From a virus (lineage: Duplodnaviria > Heunggongvirae > Uroviricota > Caudoviricetes), in the IMG/VR virus record IMGVR_UViG_3300021255_001482, positions 10,382-74,381 of that record: DNA of 64,000 bases; one strand, written 5' to 3'. Made by a program: the position numbers and the translations under genes. Positions 1 to 9,589 of the stretch are shown here, piece after piece (the first letter of the stretch is position 1; every line of letters begins with the position of its first letter). The notes under the pieces are model-generated. The model searched no databases. It was not told the origin of the DNA and saw only the letters and a program-made list of their open reading frames with translations.

Positions 1-56
1 AATCTATTAAATTTCCAAATGTTCAACAGCAAATTGGCTTTATAGGCAATGATAAA

Positions 57-1262
57 TTGGAAGAAATTAATTTAGATAGTCTACAATATATAGAAAGTCA
101 ATATGGCTTTTTACATGACCATAGTTTTTTCTATATACAGTTTCTTCATAATACTAAATTAGAATCATTAGATTTACCAAATCTAATGGGCGCCCGCAAT
201 CCAATACCAAATAGCACTGTTTCTCCAGATGAATCGCAGTCTATGCAAGCTAGCTTTCAGAATAATTATTGGCTGCGCGATGTAGCTATAGGAAAAAATG
301 TAAATATTTTAAATCACAATCAAAGCACAGACTGGTTTAACGGTCTTTGGTTTAGAAATAATTATAGTTTAAAATTTTTACGACTATATAATCCATACGT
401 TCTAACTCCAAATCGTGCTTTAACCGCTGGATTAGGTAGTACTCCTATTGGTTCAGGAAATGGATTTATTTATGTGCCAGAAGAACTATTAGAGGATTAT
501 AAAAATAATACTAATTGGAGCACTTACGCGTCGTTCATTAAACCTTTAACAAGTTATGAAGCTGATAAGGCCCTAGATAAGGATAGTATTAGTGATGATA
601 TTAAAACTTGGGAACAAATTATTAATGATTGTAATTCCGCTTCTGATTTAAATACAAATATTTATAAGATCGGAGCGACTAAAACAATAAAAATTGATGG
701 TATTCCTACTCAAATGGTTATTGTAGATATGAATAAAGATATTAATACTAATGGCAATTCTGTACGATTAACCTGGATGAGTAAAACGATTACATATTTT
801 AATACTGTACCTTGCTCTGCTTTAGCTACCGGGATAGAACGTAATTATAATAAGGCACCTTCGGCTGTAAAAACTTTTTTAGATGAATTATATTTAAAAA
901 TGGACGAACCAATAAGAAATGGTATCAAAACAGTTCAAAAAGAAAGTTTTGGATACAATGAATTAGGAAATAGTACCACTGTTACATCAGAAGAAAAAAT
1001 TTGGATACCATCTGCTGCGGAAGTAGGTATAACTACTCATAATAGCACACAATCTAAACGTTATAGTTATTTCAGTACCGGTAATAAAAATGATTATAAA
1101 TTAGGTGAAACTAATATTCGCCCAACAAATGGTATAGTTACTCGTGATTATAGCAGTTCTACTGCGAGCTATTTAGATACAATTCAATATTCTAATTCAG
1201 TTGTAACTGTAGTTGGTAATAGCGCGTCCAATCCATATATTATTTTTGGTTTCTGTACATAA
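57..1262 (+). CDS. BspA-type leucine-rich-repeat surface/receptor-binding protein fragment with DUF6273-like C-terminal region. Probably 5'-truncated by the window edge.
   Basis: The ORF runs to the window start. The motif ...GNGFIYVPEELLEDYKNNTNWSTYASF... is typical of BspA-like LRR_5 C-termini. The downstream segment (EKIWIPSAAEVG) resembles DUF6273. Confidence 0.45.
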   Translation: MEEINLDSLQYIESQYGFLHDHSFFYIQFLHNTKLESLDLPNLMGARNPIPNSTVSPDESQSMQASFQNNYWLRDVAIGKNVNILNHNQSTDWFNGLWFRNNYSLKFLRLYNPYVLTPNRALTAGLGSTPIGSGNGFIYVPEELLEDYKNNTNWSTYASFIKPLTSYEADKALDKDSISDDIKTWEQIINDCNSASDLNTNIYKIGATKTIKIDGIPTQMVIVDMNKDINTNGNSVRLTWMSKTITYFNTVPCSALATGIERNYNKAPSAVKTFLDELYLKMDEPIRNGIKTVQKESFGYNELGNSTTVTSEEKIWIPSAAEVGITTHNSTQSKRYSYFSTGNKNDYKLGETNIRPTNGIVTRDYSSSTASYLDTIQYSNSVVTVVGNSASNPYIIFGFCT

Positions 1263-1276
1263 AGGAGGTATAAACA

Positions 1277-1902
1277 TGTTAATATATGAAAATTACCAAA
1301 CCTCTGGTATGACAGAGGCGAGAACAAAAGTTTATTCTAATAAACATTTTTATATACAATTAAATGGCAATTATTATGAATCTTATATTTCTAATAATCA
1401 AGAAGAAATAGATAAAATTATTGAATCTAATATTGCCATTAAATCTCCAACCGCTTCAAAGGAATACTTTAATGATTGTTTTCTTACTAATTTTAATAAT
1501 ATAACGCAAGAACAAGTAAAAAAGGCGCATAAATTTTTTACTAAAATGCTAAATGGAATTACAGATAATAATATTTATCAAATACATTTTTTAATTCCTC
1601 TTTGGAGTTCTAGTGTCTCATACGCTACGCATGATATAGTGATGTATAATAATACTATTTATCAAGTATTAAATCCAATTAAATCTAATACTCCACCAGA
1701 TAGAGATTCCATTAATTTTATTGCTATAGAACGTCCTGTGGATTTTATTGAGCCTTGGGATGAAACACGCACACCATACTCTCAAGGCGATAAAATAAAA
1801 ATGGGAGAATATATTTATACAAGTCTAATAAATGATAATAATTGGAATCCTATTGACTTTCCTTTAGCATGGCAATTAGTAAATGAAGGAAGTCAAGATT
1901 AA
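1277..1902 (+). CDS. Hypothetical protein with a C-terminal chitin-binding-type-3 (CBM5/12)-like aromatic motif.
   Basis: There is an AAGGAGGT RBS 8 nt upstream of ATG 1277 (the track ORF starts earlier at 1213). The motif W..TRTPYSQGDKIKMGEYIYTSL..NWNP resembles ChtBD3 and is also seen in ORFs 23714 and 26990. Confidence 0.45.
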
Positions 1903-1905
1903 TTC

Positions 1906-1934
1906 TTGACTTCCTTTTTATTTTTTGGTATAAT
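1906..1934 (+). promoter_or_regulatory. Conserved phage early-type promoter (TTGACT-17-TATAAT, extended AT box).
   Basis: -35 TTGACT at 1906 and -10 TATAAT at 1929. It belongs to the 23-member family. Confidence 0.5.
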
Positions 1935-1964
1935 AAATATAGAAAAAGAAAAGGAGAAAATAAT

Positions 1965-2129
1965 ATGCTATTTCTATTAAAGTCAATTTGTTGTATTGGT
2001 GGAACTTTTATTCTTGCGGGCGTAGTCACTTCTTTTATGGAATGGTGGGAGAAGCGACCAATCGTAGAAGTAAAAGAAGCTCCCTTCTACATTACACGAA
2101 CTTACAAGGATATTAAGAGAGGATATTAA
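1965..2129 (+). CDS. Small hydrophobic protein (54 aa).
   Basis: It lies downstream of the consensus promoter at 1906-1934 and the RBS AAAAGGAGAAAA. It has a single predicted TM stretch. Confidence 0.3.
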   Translation: MLFLLKSICCIGGTFILAGVVTSFMEWWEKRPIVEVKEAPFYITRTYKDIKRGY

Positions 2130-2130
2130 G

Positions 2131-2640
2131 ATGAGTAATTGTAATTGCTATATACGAGATACAGATGGTCTTGGAGGTTACATACCACGTTGCTATGGTA
2201 CAAAAGAAAGAGAAATATGTCAATGTGGCGGAGATGAATCAAAATGTGATTTTTATCCAGAAAAGCGAAAAAAAGCAGAAGTTACAATAACTATGGATGC
2301 AGTAGAATATTTGCGGCAAAAGGCACGTATGTGTGCCTACAAGCGTGTCCCAGAAAATGGGGCTTGTGAAAGATGCCCTTTTAATCAAGTTCTTGATAAA
2401 ATTGATGGTTGCGATGAATTTGATGAACAATATCCAGAAAAGGCAGTTCAGTTAGTTTATGAATGGGCGCAAACTCATCCAGAACTTCCTACTTGGAATG
2501 AATGGTTACATAGTGTTTATAATTATTATAAGGGCTTTAATAAAGATCATACAGAAGTTAGTTTTCTTAACTGGTTAAATACTCCTGTTACTCAAGAGGA
2601 AGTGGAACGTTTTAACATACCAAATAAGAAGGATTTATAA
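2131..2640 (+). CDS. Cys-rich hypothetical protein (Zn-binding?).
   Basis: The 169-aa ORF has a GAGAGG RBS and multiple CxC/CxxC pairs. Confidence 0.5.
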   Translation: MSNCNCYIRDTDGLGGYIPRCYGTKEREICQCGGDESKCDFYPEKRKKAEVTITMDAVEYLRQKARMCAYKRVPENGACERCPFNQVLDKIDGCDEFDEQYPEKAVQLVYEWAQTHPELPTWNEWLHSVYNYYKGFNKDHTEVSFLNWLNTPVTQEEVERFNIPNKKDL

Positions 2641-2641
2641 T

Positions 2642-2989
2642 ATGAATATTTTTAGTTATCCCGCACGTTGTGATTTTTATGAATTTGACCGTTTGAGCAA
2701 AGAAGTGGATGAAACTTTAAAAACTAAAGAAATCTTTATGAACGGTCATGTAGGAAAATATGTGGCAAAAATTCATAATGAGCAAGAATTAGAACTAATA
2801 AAAAATTACTGGAAAGTTGCACTTTCTAGTAGTATAAGCATAGTCACTATTGAAAATGGTGATTTTCGCGGGCCAGACTGGTATTTCATATTCATAAAGC
2901 ATGAATATGCTTATGAAACAATTTGTACTTTAAAAACACTTACAGAACGTAAGCAAGAATTTGAAGATTTTGTGAGGGAATATGATTAA
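2642..2989 (+). CDS. Hypothetical protein.
   Basis: The ORF shows ATAATATG translational coupling with the upstream gene. Confidence 0.45.
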   Translation: MNIFSYPARCDFYEFDRLSKEVDETLKTKEIFMNGHVGKYVAKIHNEQELELIKNYWKVALSSSISIVTIENGDFRGPDWYFIFIKHEYAYETICTLKTLTERKQEFEDFVREYD

Positions 2990-3800
2990 GGTAGATAGAA
3001 GAGAAGTGCAATTTAAGAAGTTTAATGATGGTACTTTGAGATTGCGATTTATACCTCCTTATGCACTAGAAAATGGTTGTATCATCACTTGGTTTTATAA
3101 TAATGATGAAGAAATGGCAGATTTATATTTTCTTGTAAATCATTTACGCGATAATTATAAAATTTTATATTTAATTCTTGAAATGTGGTATGTTCCGCAT
3201 GCTCGAATGGACAGAATTAAGGAAAAAGATGAATGTTTTACTCTCAAACATTTTTGTAAATTTATTAATTCGCTTAATTTTAATAAAGTAAAAATTTATG
3301 ACCCGCATTCTAATGTTACTCCAGCGTTACTAGATAGGGTTGAGGTTTATAGACCCGCTCTTGAAATTAATGGATTATTAGATCATTATAAAGACGCAAC
3401 TTTATTTTTCTGTGACGAAGGCGGTGCTAAGAGATATAAGGATATTATTGGAGATAATTATTTTGCGTTTGGTGTAAAAGATCGAGAGTGGTCAACTCAA
3501 AACATTAATTCTCTTCAGGTTATGGGCGCGAAACATATGATTGCCGGGCATGATATTCTTATTGTAGATGATATTATTTCTCGCGGAAGTACGCTTTATC
3601 TTGCGGCAAAACAATTAAAAGAAATGGGATGCAATAACATTTATGTATGGGCATCGCATTGCGAAAATACTGTACTTCAACCGCATATTAATGGAAAATC
3701 ATTAATGGATATTCCAAATTTAATTACAAAAGTATATACTACAAATTCTATTTATTGTAGCGATCATCCAAATATAATTATTATGAAGGAATTTACATGA
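2982..3800 (+). CDS. Ribose-phosphate pyrophosphokinase (Prs)-family type I phosphoribosyltransferase.
   Basis: Prs-like motifs are present in Prs order: DPHS (cf. DLHA), CDEGGAKR (cf. PDAGGAKR), the PRPP-binding loop ILIVDDIISRGSTL, and C-terminal YVWASHC. Confidence 0.55.
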   Translation: MIKVDRREVQFKKFNDGTLRLRFIPPYALENGCIITWFYNNDEEMADLYFLVNHLRDNYKILYLILEMWYVPHARMDRIKEKDECFTLKHFCKFINSLNFNKVKIYDPHSNVTPALLDRVEVYRPALEINGLLDHYKDATLFFCDEGGAKRYKDIIGDNYFAFGVKDREWSTQNINSLQVMGAKHMIAGHDILIVDDIISRGSTLYLAAKQLKEMGCNNIYVWASHCENTVLQPHINGKSLMDIPNLITKVYTTNSIYCSDHPNIIIMKEFT

Positions 3801-4258
3801 TTAGAATAATAGAAGGAAATTTATTTTCCGCACCTAGCGGTATTATATGCCATCAAGTAAATTGTAAAGGCAGCATGGGACGAGGCGTGGCTAAAACTTT
3901 TAAAGAACTATATCCGTTTGCTTTTAATCAATATCAAAATTTATGTCATGATTTTATAGCAGATGAACTACTTGGTACAATACTAATGCGCGCGGAAATA
4001 GATGGTAAATGGACTTGTTGTATGTTTGCTCAGGATAATTGGAGCGTATATAATTGTAATACAGACTACGCAGCCTTTCGCGAATGTTGTTGCGCAATTA
4101 AGCGTGAAATTAAAGGATTACATTTAAATAACATAACAATTAATATGCCATACGGTATTGGTGCTGGTCTTGGCGGTGGCGAATGGGAAATTATTTATTC
4201 TATTATTGAAGAAGAATTAAATGATTATAATGTTATACTTTGGAAACTTAAACATTGA
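3797..4258 (+). CDS. Macro-domain (ADP-ribose binding/processing) protein.
   Basis: N-terminal IIEGNLFSAPSGIICHQVNCKGSMGRGVAKTF matches the macro-domain pattern (G-[DN]-[IL]..; IvNaaN; GgGvdgAI). Size is about 150 aa. It overlaps the Prs-like gene by 4 nt. Confidence 0.45.
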   Translation: MIRIIEGNLFSAPSGIICHQVNCKGSMGRGVAKTFKELYPFAFNQYQNLCHDFIADELLGTILMRAEIDGKWTCCMFAQDNWSVYNCNTDYAAFRECCCAIKREIKGLHLNNITINMPYGIGAGLGGGEWEIIYSIIEEELNDYNVILWKLKH

Positions 4259-4283
4259 CTTTTAATTAAAATTATATTATAAT
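4255..4283 (+). promoter_or_regulatory. Conserved promoter family member.
   Basis: TTGACT 4255-4260 and TATAAT 4278-4283, with a 17-nt spacer. Confidence 0.5.
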
Positions 4284-4317
4284 ATAAATAAAGAAAAGAA
4301 AAGGAGATAACAAAATT

Positions 4318-4776
4318 ATGAAGATTAACATTACTAAGGACAGGGCTCAGTTTATCGTCAACGAGGACGCACGCAAGGTGATTTGTATTATTGATAATAC
4401 TTCTTACCTATTTCTTGACTATGCTGATAAGAACTTGAAGATTAGGCCTGATTGTGATAATATCATGATTTGGAATAGTAACCTTTCTCATCTGTATCCC
4501 AAGCTAATGATGCCCAATAAGTTTGTTGGCATTGCTTCTTGTAATCCAGAGGATGAGTTTTCTGTTGAGACTGGCAAGCTAATTGCCTTTACTCGCGCGA
4601 AGGACAAGATTCAGAACAGCTTTTTTAAGCGCGCGAATCTATATGTTAATACTATTGATAGTTGGCTAAATCAGGCTATGGATTCTATTAATAGTTATGG
4701 AAAGAAGCTTGAAATCAACACTAAGCGTCGTCATAAGAAGATTGCCTCACTTATTGGTGAGCCAGAGGAAAAGTAA
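4318..4776 (+). CDS. Hypothetical protein.
   Basis: It follows the promoter at 4255-4283 and an AAAAGGAGATAA RBS. Confidence 0.5.
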   Translation: MKINITKDRAQFIVNEDARKVICIIDNTSYLFLDYADKNLKIRPDCDNIMIWNSNLSHLYPKLMMPNKFVGIASCNPEDEFSVETGKLIAFTRAKDKIQNSFFKRANLYVNTIDSWLNQAMDSINSYGKKLEINTKRRHKKIASLIGEPEEK

Positions 4777-5315
4777 TGGGGAGTCGCATCGTACTCCCCT
4801 ATGGGGAATCGGGCGAATATATTCAAAAACTTATACCATATGATGCCTCTTTAAATAGTATCAATTTACCTTCCTTTGATGAATATATGGATACTCGTTA
4901 TCTTGATTTACAAAATATAACTAAACCTGATATAAGAACAGCTATTGAACAGCAATATAATGAATGGTTTACTTGGTATAACGCAACTGAAGATACCCGT
5001 AACTTACTGGCTCCAATTGTAGGAACTGGATGGAGTGAAGATAATATTCCAATTTTATACTTTCCTCGTTTTACACCACTCTTAGACGAAGACAAAGTAT
5101 ATAGTTTAAATAGCACTGAAAATCTAATTATTATGGGAATGCGATTACAGCGTTTCAATATTAGTGAAGCAGAGGTAACAGATTTTTTACGAGAAATTCC
5201 AATAGTGTGCAATTACTTGGAATTAAATGAGGAAGATATTATAAATAATCCGTCAAATATTGGCTACAACCCAACTTTTGGTTTACGCATTATTGACTAT
5301 GGATTAAGTACTTGA
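4776..5315 (+). CDS. Hypothetical protein.
   Basis: The ORF has a TAATG stop-start overlap with the upstream gene. Confidence 0.5.
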   Translation: MGSRIVLPYGESGEYIQKLIPYDASLNSINLPSFDEYMDTRYLDLQNITKPDIRTAIEQQYNEWFTWYNATEDTRNLLAPIVGTGWSEDNIPILYFPRFTPLLDEDKVYSLNSTENLIIMGMRLQRFNISEAEVTDFLREIPIVCNYLELNEEDIINNPSNIGYNPTFGLRIIDYGLST

Positions 5316-5340
5316 CTTTTATCTAAAATTCTGATATAAT
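5312..5340 (+). promoter_or_regulatory. Conserved promoter family member.
   Basis: TTGACTTTTATCTAAAATTCTGATATAATAATAT. Confidence 0.55.
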
Positions 5341-5363
5341 AATATCAGAAAGGGGAAAGGAGA

Positions 5364-5609
5364 ATGACAAACTTGCATCCTAATTTTTATGATATTGACG
5401 ATTGGATTATTCTTGATACAATGGCAGTCAATATGTATGATGAAAATGAAACACCTTTCATTGCGATAAAGGTAAAGATTGGTGTTTTAGACGCGGAGGA
5501 AATCAATATTAATAATACCTATTCCAAGCGCACTTTTGATATTGTTCGCTGGATTTCTAAAAAGGAATTTGACCGCCTTAGAAGCGGTGCTGGAGTGATT
5601 GTATGGTAG
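5364..5609 (+). CDS. Hypothetical protein.
   Basis: It follows the promoter at 5312-5340 and a GGGGAAAGGAG RBS. Confidence 0.5.
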   Translation: MTNLHPNFYDIDDWIILDTMAVNMYDENETPFIAIKVKIGVLDAEEININNTYSKRTFDIVRWISKKEFDRLRSGAGVIVW

Positions 5610-5706
5610 GCGCGTGGTGGTTATTCGGTTCATTCATTTTAGGAATGGCAGTTGGTATCTTTTTAATTGCTTTAGTCTCCGCGAATAAATATTAAAGAGG
5701 AACAAT

Positions 5707-5907
5707 ATGAAATTTTACAACGAAGAATCTTATAAGGCTTCACAAGAACCGACCCCAGTAAAGATTGAAGAAGAATTCGGTTGTGGTTTTTGCTGGGACA
5801 AAAAGAGAAAGAAGGAAAAGGAACTATTCTTTTTAGATGCAGCAAATAACATGAGGATATGTAATTATTGTCCTTCTTGCGGCCGCAAGTATAGTGAAGA
5901 AGAGTAA
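5707..5907 (+). CDS. Small zinc-ribbon protein.
   Basis: It has CGFC...CNYCPSC pairs and an AAAGAGGAACAA RBS. A terminator hairpin follows. Confidence 0.45.
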   Translation: MKFYNEESYKASQEPTPVKIEEEFGCGFCWDKKRKKEKELFFLDAANNMRICNYCPSCGRKYSEEE

Positions 5908-5932
5908 GGTTTGACCTTACTCTTTTTTATTT
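5906..5932 (+). terminator. Rho-independent terminator.
   Basis: Hairpin GTAAGGTTTGACCTTAC followed by TCTTTTTTATTT. Confidence 0.5.
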
Positions 5933-6013
5933 ATAGTAAGAAGAAAACGGGCTGATTACTTTCTAATTCTCATACACTTTCAATGAAGGATATTTATATT
6001 CGGAGGACCACAT

Positions 6014-6448
6014 ATGAATAGTTATAATGGTATGATGAATAATAATAACCTAATGGGCATGATGAATGGAATGAACGCTATGCCACAACAAGATTATTTG
6101 TCTCGCATGAGTGTAAATAGTTTTCCTCGTTATGACATTATTAAGGTTAAGGGCCAAAATGGCGCAGACGCTTTTCAAATGGCGCCCAATAGTAAAGTTC
6201 TATTATTAGATGAAAACGATCCTCTGGTCTGGTTTGTACAGACAGATGGCGCGGGATACAAAACAGTAACCCCATATACCATTACGCCATTTCAACCAGC
6301 CCCGCCAGTTGATTTAAATTCTCTTGAACAACGACTAGCAGCATTGGAGGAAAAGATGTATGCCAAATCCTATAATGGAGCAAATAAACAGCGGAAGTCA
6401 AATACCCGCAACGAACAACTTGACGAAACCTCAAATACAGCAGGCTAA
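6014..6448 (+). CDS. Asn/Met-rich hypothetical (virion?) protein.
   Basis: It has a CGGAGGACCACAT RBS. Its 3' end overlaps the next gene by 89 nt in another frame. Confidence 0.45.
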   Translation: MNSYNGMMNNNNLMGMMNGMNAMPQQDYLSRMSVNSFPRYDIIKVKGQNGADAFQMAPNSKVLLLDENDPLVWFVQTDGAGYKTVTPYTITPFQPAPPVDLNSLEQRLAALEEKMYAKSYNGANKQRKSNTRNEQLDETSNTAG

Positions 6449-6647
6449 ACAAGCATTACAACAGCTAATGAGTTTAAGAAATCCCCAAGCTATGATGAAT
6501 CAAATGCTTATGAATAATCCTAATATTAAACCAGCATTAGAATTAATCAAACAAAATGGAGGAAATCTCCAAACAGCTTTTATGTCATTAGCAAAACAAA
6601 AAGGTATTAACCCCACAGAATTTATACAAGAATTAATGAGTCAGTAA
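6360..6647 (+). CDS. Gln-rich hypothetical protein.
   Basis: Its own GGAGGAAAAG RBS lies 5 nt upstream of ATG 6360. A strong terminator follows at 6675-6700. Confidence 0.45.
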   Translation: MPNPIMEQINSGSQIPATNNLTKPQIQQAKQALQQLMSLRNPQAMMNQMLMNNPNIKPALELIKQNGGNLQTAFMSLAKQKGINPTEFIQELMSQ

Positions 6648-6674
6648 TTTATTACTGGCTCTTTTATTATGTCA

Positions 6675-6700
6675 AAAATCCGCTAGAGCGGATTTTTTAT
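6675..6700 (+). terminator. Rho-independent terminator.
   Basis: AAAATCCGCTAGAGCGGATTTTTTATT. Confidence 0.6.
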
Positions 6701-6731
6701 TATATATAATAAAATTAGAGAGGTGTCCCTT

Positions 6732-7439
6732 ATGAATGGTAATGAAGGACTAACTGCTTCTGATGTTGCTCTACTAACCGGCAATAATAATGGCTGGGGT
6801 ATGGAAGGAGGCTGGGGTAGCATGATTTGGCTATTCGCAATTATTGCCCTAATGGGCGGCTGGGGCAACGGTGGCTTTGGTGGCAATGGCTACCATCCAC
6901 AGTATGCTACACAAGATTTCGTACAAAATGGTTTCAACTTTAATGACCTACAAGACCAAAATCGTGATCTAATGAATGCTGTTACTAACGGTGCTGCTCA
7001 GGCTGTAGCCGCTACTAATCAGGCAAAGTATGACAATATTAATGTAGCTAAAGATATTCAGGCTGCTTTAGCAGCTCAAATTGGTGACATTCGTACCAAT
7101 CAAATGACTCTACTAGCTAACCAGAATCAGTGCTGCTGCGATACTCGTATGGCAATGATGGAAGGCTTCAATGGCATTAATGCTGGCATCGCCCAGGCTC
7201 GTTATGAGAACGCTATGAATACCGCTTCTATCAACCAGACTACTAATGCTGGCGTTCAGAAGATTATTGATGCTATTACTGGTAATCGTATGGCTGATAT
7301 GCAGAATCAGATTGATGCTCTACAGCTACAGAACGCTCTAAACGGCGTAGTTCGTTATCCTTCCGGCTGGACTTACAATGCCGGTAACAATCCTTTCTGC
7401 AACAACAATGGTTGCGGCTGCAATGGATTCAACATGTAA
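6732..7439 (+). CDS. Gly/Trp-rich membrane-anchored protein with a CCC motif.
   Basis: The start was chosen at ATG 6732 after AGAGGTG. It has an N-terminal GGWGSMIWLFAIIALMGGWGNGGFGG TM-like segment. Confidence 0.45.
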   Translation: MNGNEGLTASDVALLTGNNNGWGMEGGWGSMIWLFAIIALMGGWGNGGFGGNGYHPQYATQDFVQNGFNFNDLQDQNRDLMNAVTNGAAQAVAATNQAKYDNINVAKDIQAALAAQIGDIRTNQMTLLANQNQCCCDTRMAMMEGFNGINAGIAQARYENAMNTASINQTTNAGVQKIIDAITGNRMADMQNQIDALQLQNALNGVVRYPSGWTYNAGNNPFCNNNGCGCNGFNM

Positions 7440-7475
7440 TTTAAACACCGAACACATTTAGTGTGTCTAGTTTAA

Positions 7476-7512
7476 TGAGGCACTTGTTTTCGGACAGGTG
7501 CCTCTTTTTTAT
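7476..7512 (+). terminator. Rho-independent terminator.
   Basis: GAGGCACTTGTTTTCGGACAGGTGCCTC followed by TTTTTTATT. Confidence 0.55.
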
Positions 7513-7528
7513 TATAGGAGGAATTAAA

Positions 7529-7942
7529 ATGATTCAAGCTTATAGTGATGGCGTAACTGTCGCCGCTAATGGTACTTATCCTTTAAATAATGTTGTTTTT
7601 CTAAAAGGTAATACAGCTGTAGCCGCAGGCGCGGGCGGAATTGCCCTAACAAAGCGTGGTATTTATAATGTTCATGTAGATGGTTTTGCTACTTTAGCTG
7701 ACGCAGGAGATTATTCTATTCAGCTAACTCGCAATGGTGTACCACTACCACAAGCTATTAGCACAACTACTCTTGCGGCCGCAGGTTCTGCGAATGGTGC
7801 TTTTGAAGCTCTCGTAGTAGTAGAAGAAAGTGATTGTCCTTGTAATTGGACTTCTGCGGCAGTAACTATTGGTGTTCTAAATCCAAGCGAAGTTGAGGCA
7901 ACAGACGCACATATTAATATGATAGTTTCTAAATTAATTTAA
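7529..7942 (+). CDS. Small beta-rich protein, possibly a BclA-C/C1q-like jelly-roll fold (fibre knob?).
   Basis: There is a GGAGGAATTAAA RBS before ATG 7529. The upstream part of track ORF 7463 is covered by a terminator hairpin at 7476-7512. Pattern: G.Y.V.V.G......G.Y.I.L..NG. Confidence 0.4.
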   Translation: MIQAYSDGVTVAANGTYPLNNVVFLKGNTAVAAGAGGIALTKRGIYNVHVDGFATLADAGDYSIQLTRNGVPLPQAISTTTLAAAGSANGAFEALVVVEESDCPCNWTSAAVTIGVLNPSEVEATDAHINMIVSKLI

Positions 7943-7956
7943 TGGAGGGATGAGTT

Positions 7957-8820
7957 ATGGCTCAGAACAATCAAGAACTACAAACTCTCTACTCCGAACT
8001 AATTAATAGAATGAAGCAGGGTGTGGAGATGCACGAGCAGCTTGCTGATTATTATGCTTTCTTAAACCTACCTGGTTATCAGAAGTGTCATGAGTATCAA
8101 ATGCTTTGCGAACTACTTACATATCGTAAGGCAAAAGATATGTATATGAAAGAGTACAATCAGTTAGTACAGCCTACATATATGGTAAGTGGCATGTTAT
8201 CTAATATGGCTAATATGGCCAATAATAATCAAAATAATAATCAAAATAATAATAATCAAAATAGTATGAATAACAATAATATGAATAATAATATCAATGG
8301 CATGACCAGTATGGCTAATGTTGGTAAAAATTATGCTAATAATGTTATTCCTACCACTTGGTATAATTACACTCGTTATGATGTAGACCAAGGAACCAAA
8401 CGCAATGCGGTTAAAGATGGTTTTAAAAAGTGGATTGAATATGAGAAAGAAACTCGTCAGTATCTATCTCAAATGGCACAGCGTTTAGAGCAAATGAATG
8501 AGCGTGAAGCTGCCCGCAAATTAGACCATCTAATTGAGCATGTAGAAAAAGAAATTGCAACTGCTGAAAACAAGATGATGAATCTTGAAAGTACTGGCTA
8601 TGATATGGCCTATATTTTACAACAGCAAGATGAACTAAAGCGTCATTATGCTGACAAGATTCGTACAATGAATGAAAAGAATTCTCAATTCCGTCGTCGC
8701 GGCGAAGGTAATTATGCTAATTACAATTTCAATGATGACGATGAAGATGAAGATGAAGAAGAGTTTGGATACTATCCACGTTATAACAGACGCGGAAATG
8801 ATTATAGATATTATCGTTAA
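7957..8820 (+). CDS. Asn-rich coiled-coil protein with an acidic C-terminus (scaffold/assembly?).
   Basis: It has a GGAGGGATGAG RBS, a long poly-N/Q low-complexity run, a coiled-coil, and a DDDEDEDEEE tail. Confidence 0.5.
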   Translation: MAQNNQELQTLYSELINRMKQGVEMHEQLADYYAFLNLPGYQKCHEYQMLCELLTYRKAKDMYMKEYNQLVQPTYMVSGMLSNMANMANNNQNNNQNNNNQNSMNNNNMNNNINGMTSMANVGKNYANNVIPTTWYNYTRYDVDQGTKRNAVKDGFKKWIEYEKETRQYLSQMAQRLEQMNEREAARKLDHLIEHVEKEIATAENKMMNLESTGYDMAYILQQQDELKRHYADKIRTMNEKNSQFRRRGEGNYANYNFNDDDEDEDEEEFGYYPRYNRRGNDYRYYR

Positions 8821-8838
8821 ATGAGAGGGTGATGATTA

Positions 8839-9213
8839 ATGATTAGGCTAATTCAGCGTCGTTTAATCATTCCTCGCGGTGACACCGGTTCTTTTACTAT
8901 ACCCTTACAGGGAACGGTGGAAGGAAATGATACAGCGGTTTTTTATATATATGACCCAATGACTAAAAAATCGGTTCATGCTATAAAGGGTACTATTGAT
9001 GATGATATTATTACGATTAATTTTACTCGTGAAGATACTGCTGATTTAGAACCTAAAAAATATCTTTGGGATATAGTTTTATATAAGAATCCGCAATATG
9101 AAGAAGGCGATGAAGAGCAAATACGCCCTATAGATGGTGATGAAATTAATTCATATTATGCAGCCTTCTCTCTTCCAATTTGTGATATTCGGGAAGTGAC
9201 TCAAGATGTGTAA
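8839..9213 (+). CDS. Hypothetical structural-module protein.
   Basis: It has a GAGAGGGTGA RBS. Confidence 0.45.
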   Translation: MIRLIQRRLIIPRGDTGSFTIPLQGTVEGNDTAVFYIYDPMTKKSVHAIKGTIDDDIITINFTREDTADLEPKKYLWDIVLYKNPQYEEGDEEQIRPIDGDEINSYYAAFSLPICDIREVTQDV

Positions 9214-9589
9214 AGAAAGATGGCGTACAAGAGATTTACTTCTTGAATATAATTCTCACATTATGCCGCCCAGACCTCGCACCGCAGGTCTGGGAATGGT
9301 TTATCCTTGGGAGAATGCATCCATTAGTAGTTTAGTAAAACAATTATTTATAATCGCAGCTGGAAGTGGCTATTATGGCACAGAAACTGAGTTTAAAAAG
9401 CATTTTGGTGCATATCTTAATAATAAACAAATTATTTTTGATTTATTTACAAATTTTCCAGCTACGGGTTCAGAAGAATATCTATATTTTGATTTAGATG
9501 AAAAGATACTTTATTATTGGGATAATGAATATATTCCAGTTAATGCAATGCTTATCGCAAATACTATTATAGATGGAGGCGAGGCATAA
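9206..9589 (+). CDS. Hypothetical protein.
   Basis: The ORF overlaps its neighbours by 8 nt and 1 nt. The internal ATG at 9263 is an alternative start. Confidence 0.4.
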   Translation: MCKERWRTRDLLLEYNSHIMPPRPRTAGLGMVYPWENASISSLVKQLFIIAAGSGYYGTETEFKKHFGAYLNNKQIIFDLFTNFPATGSEEYLYFDLDEKILYYWDNEYIPVNAMLIANTIIDGGEA

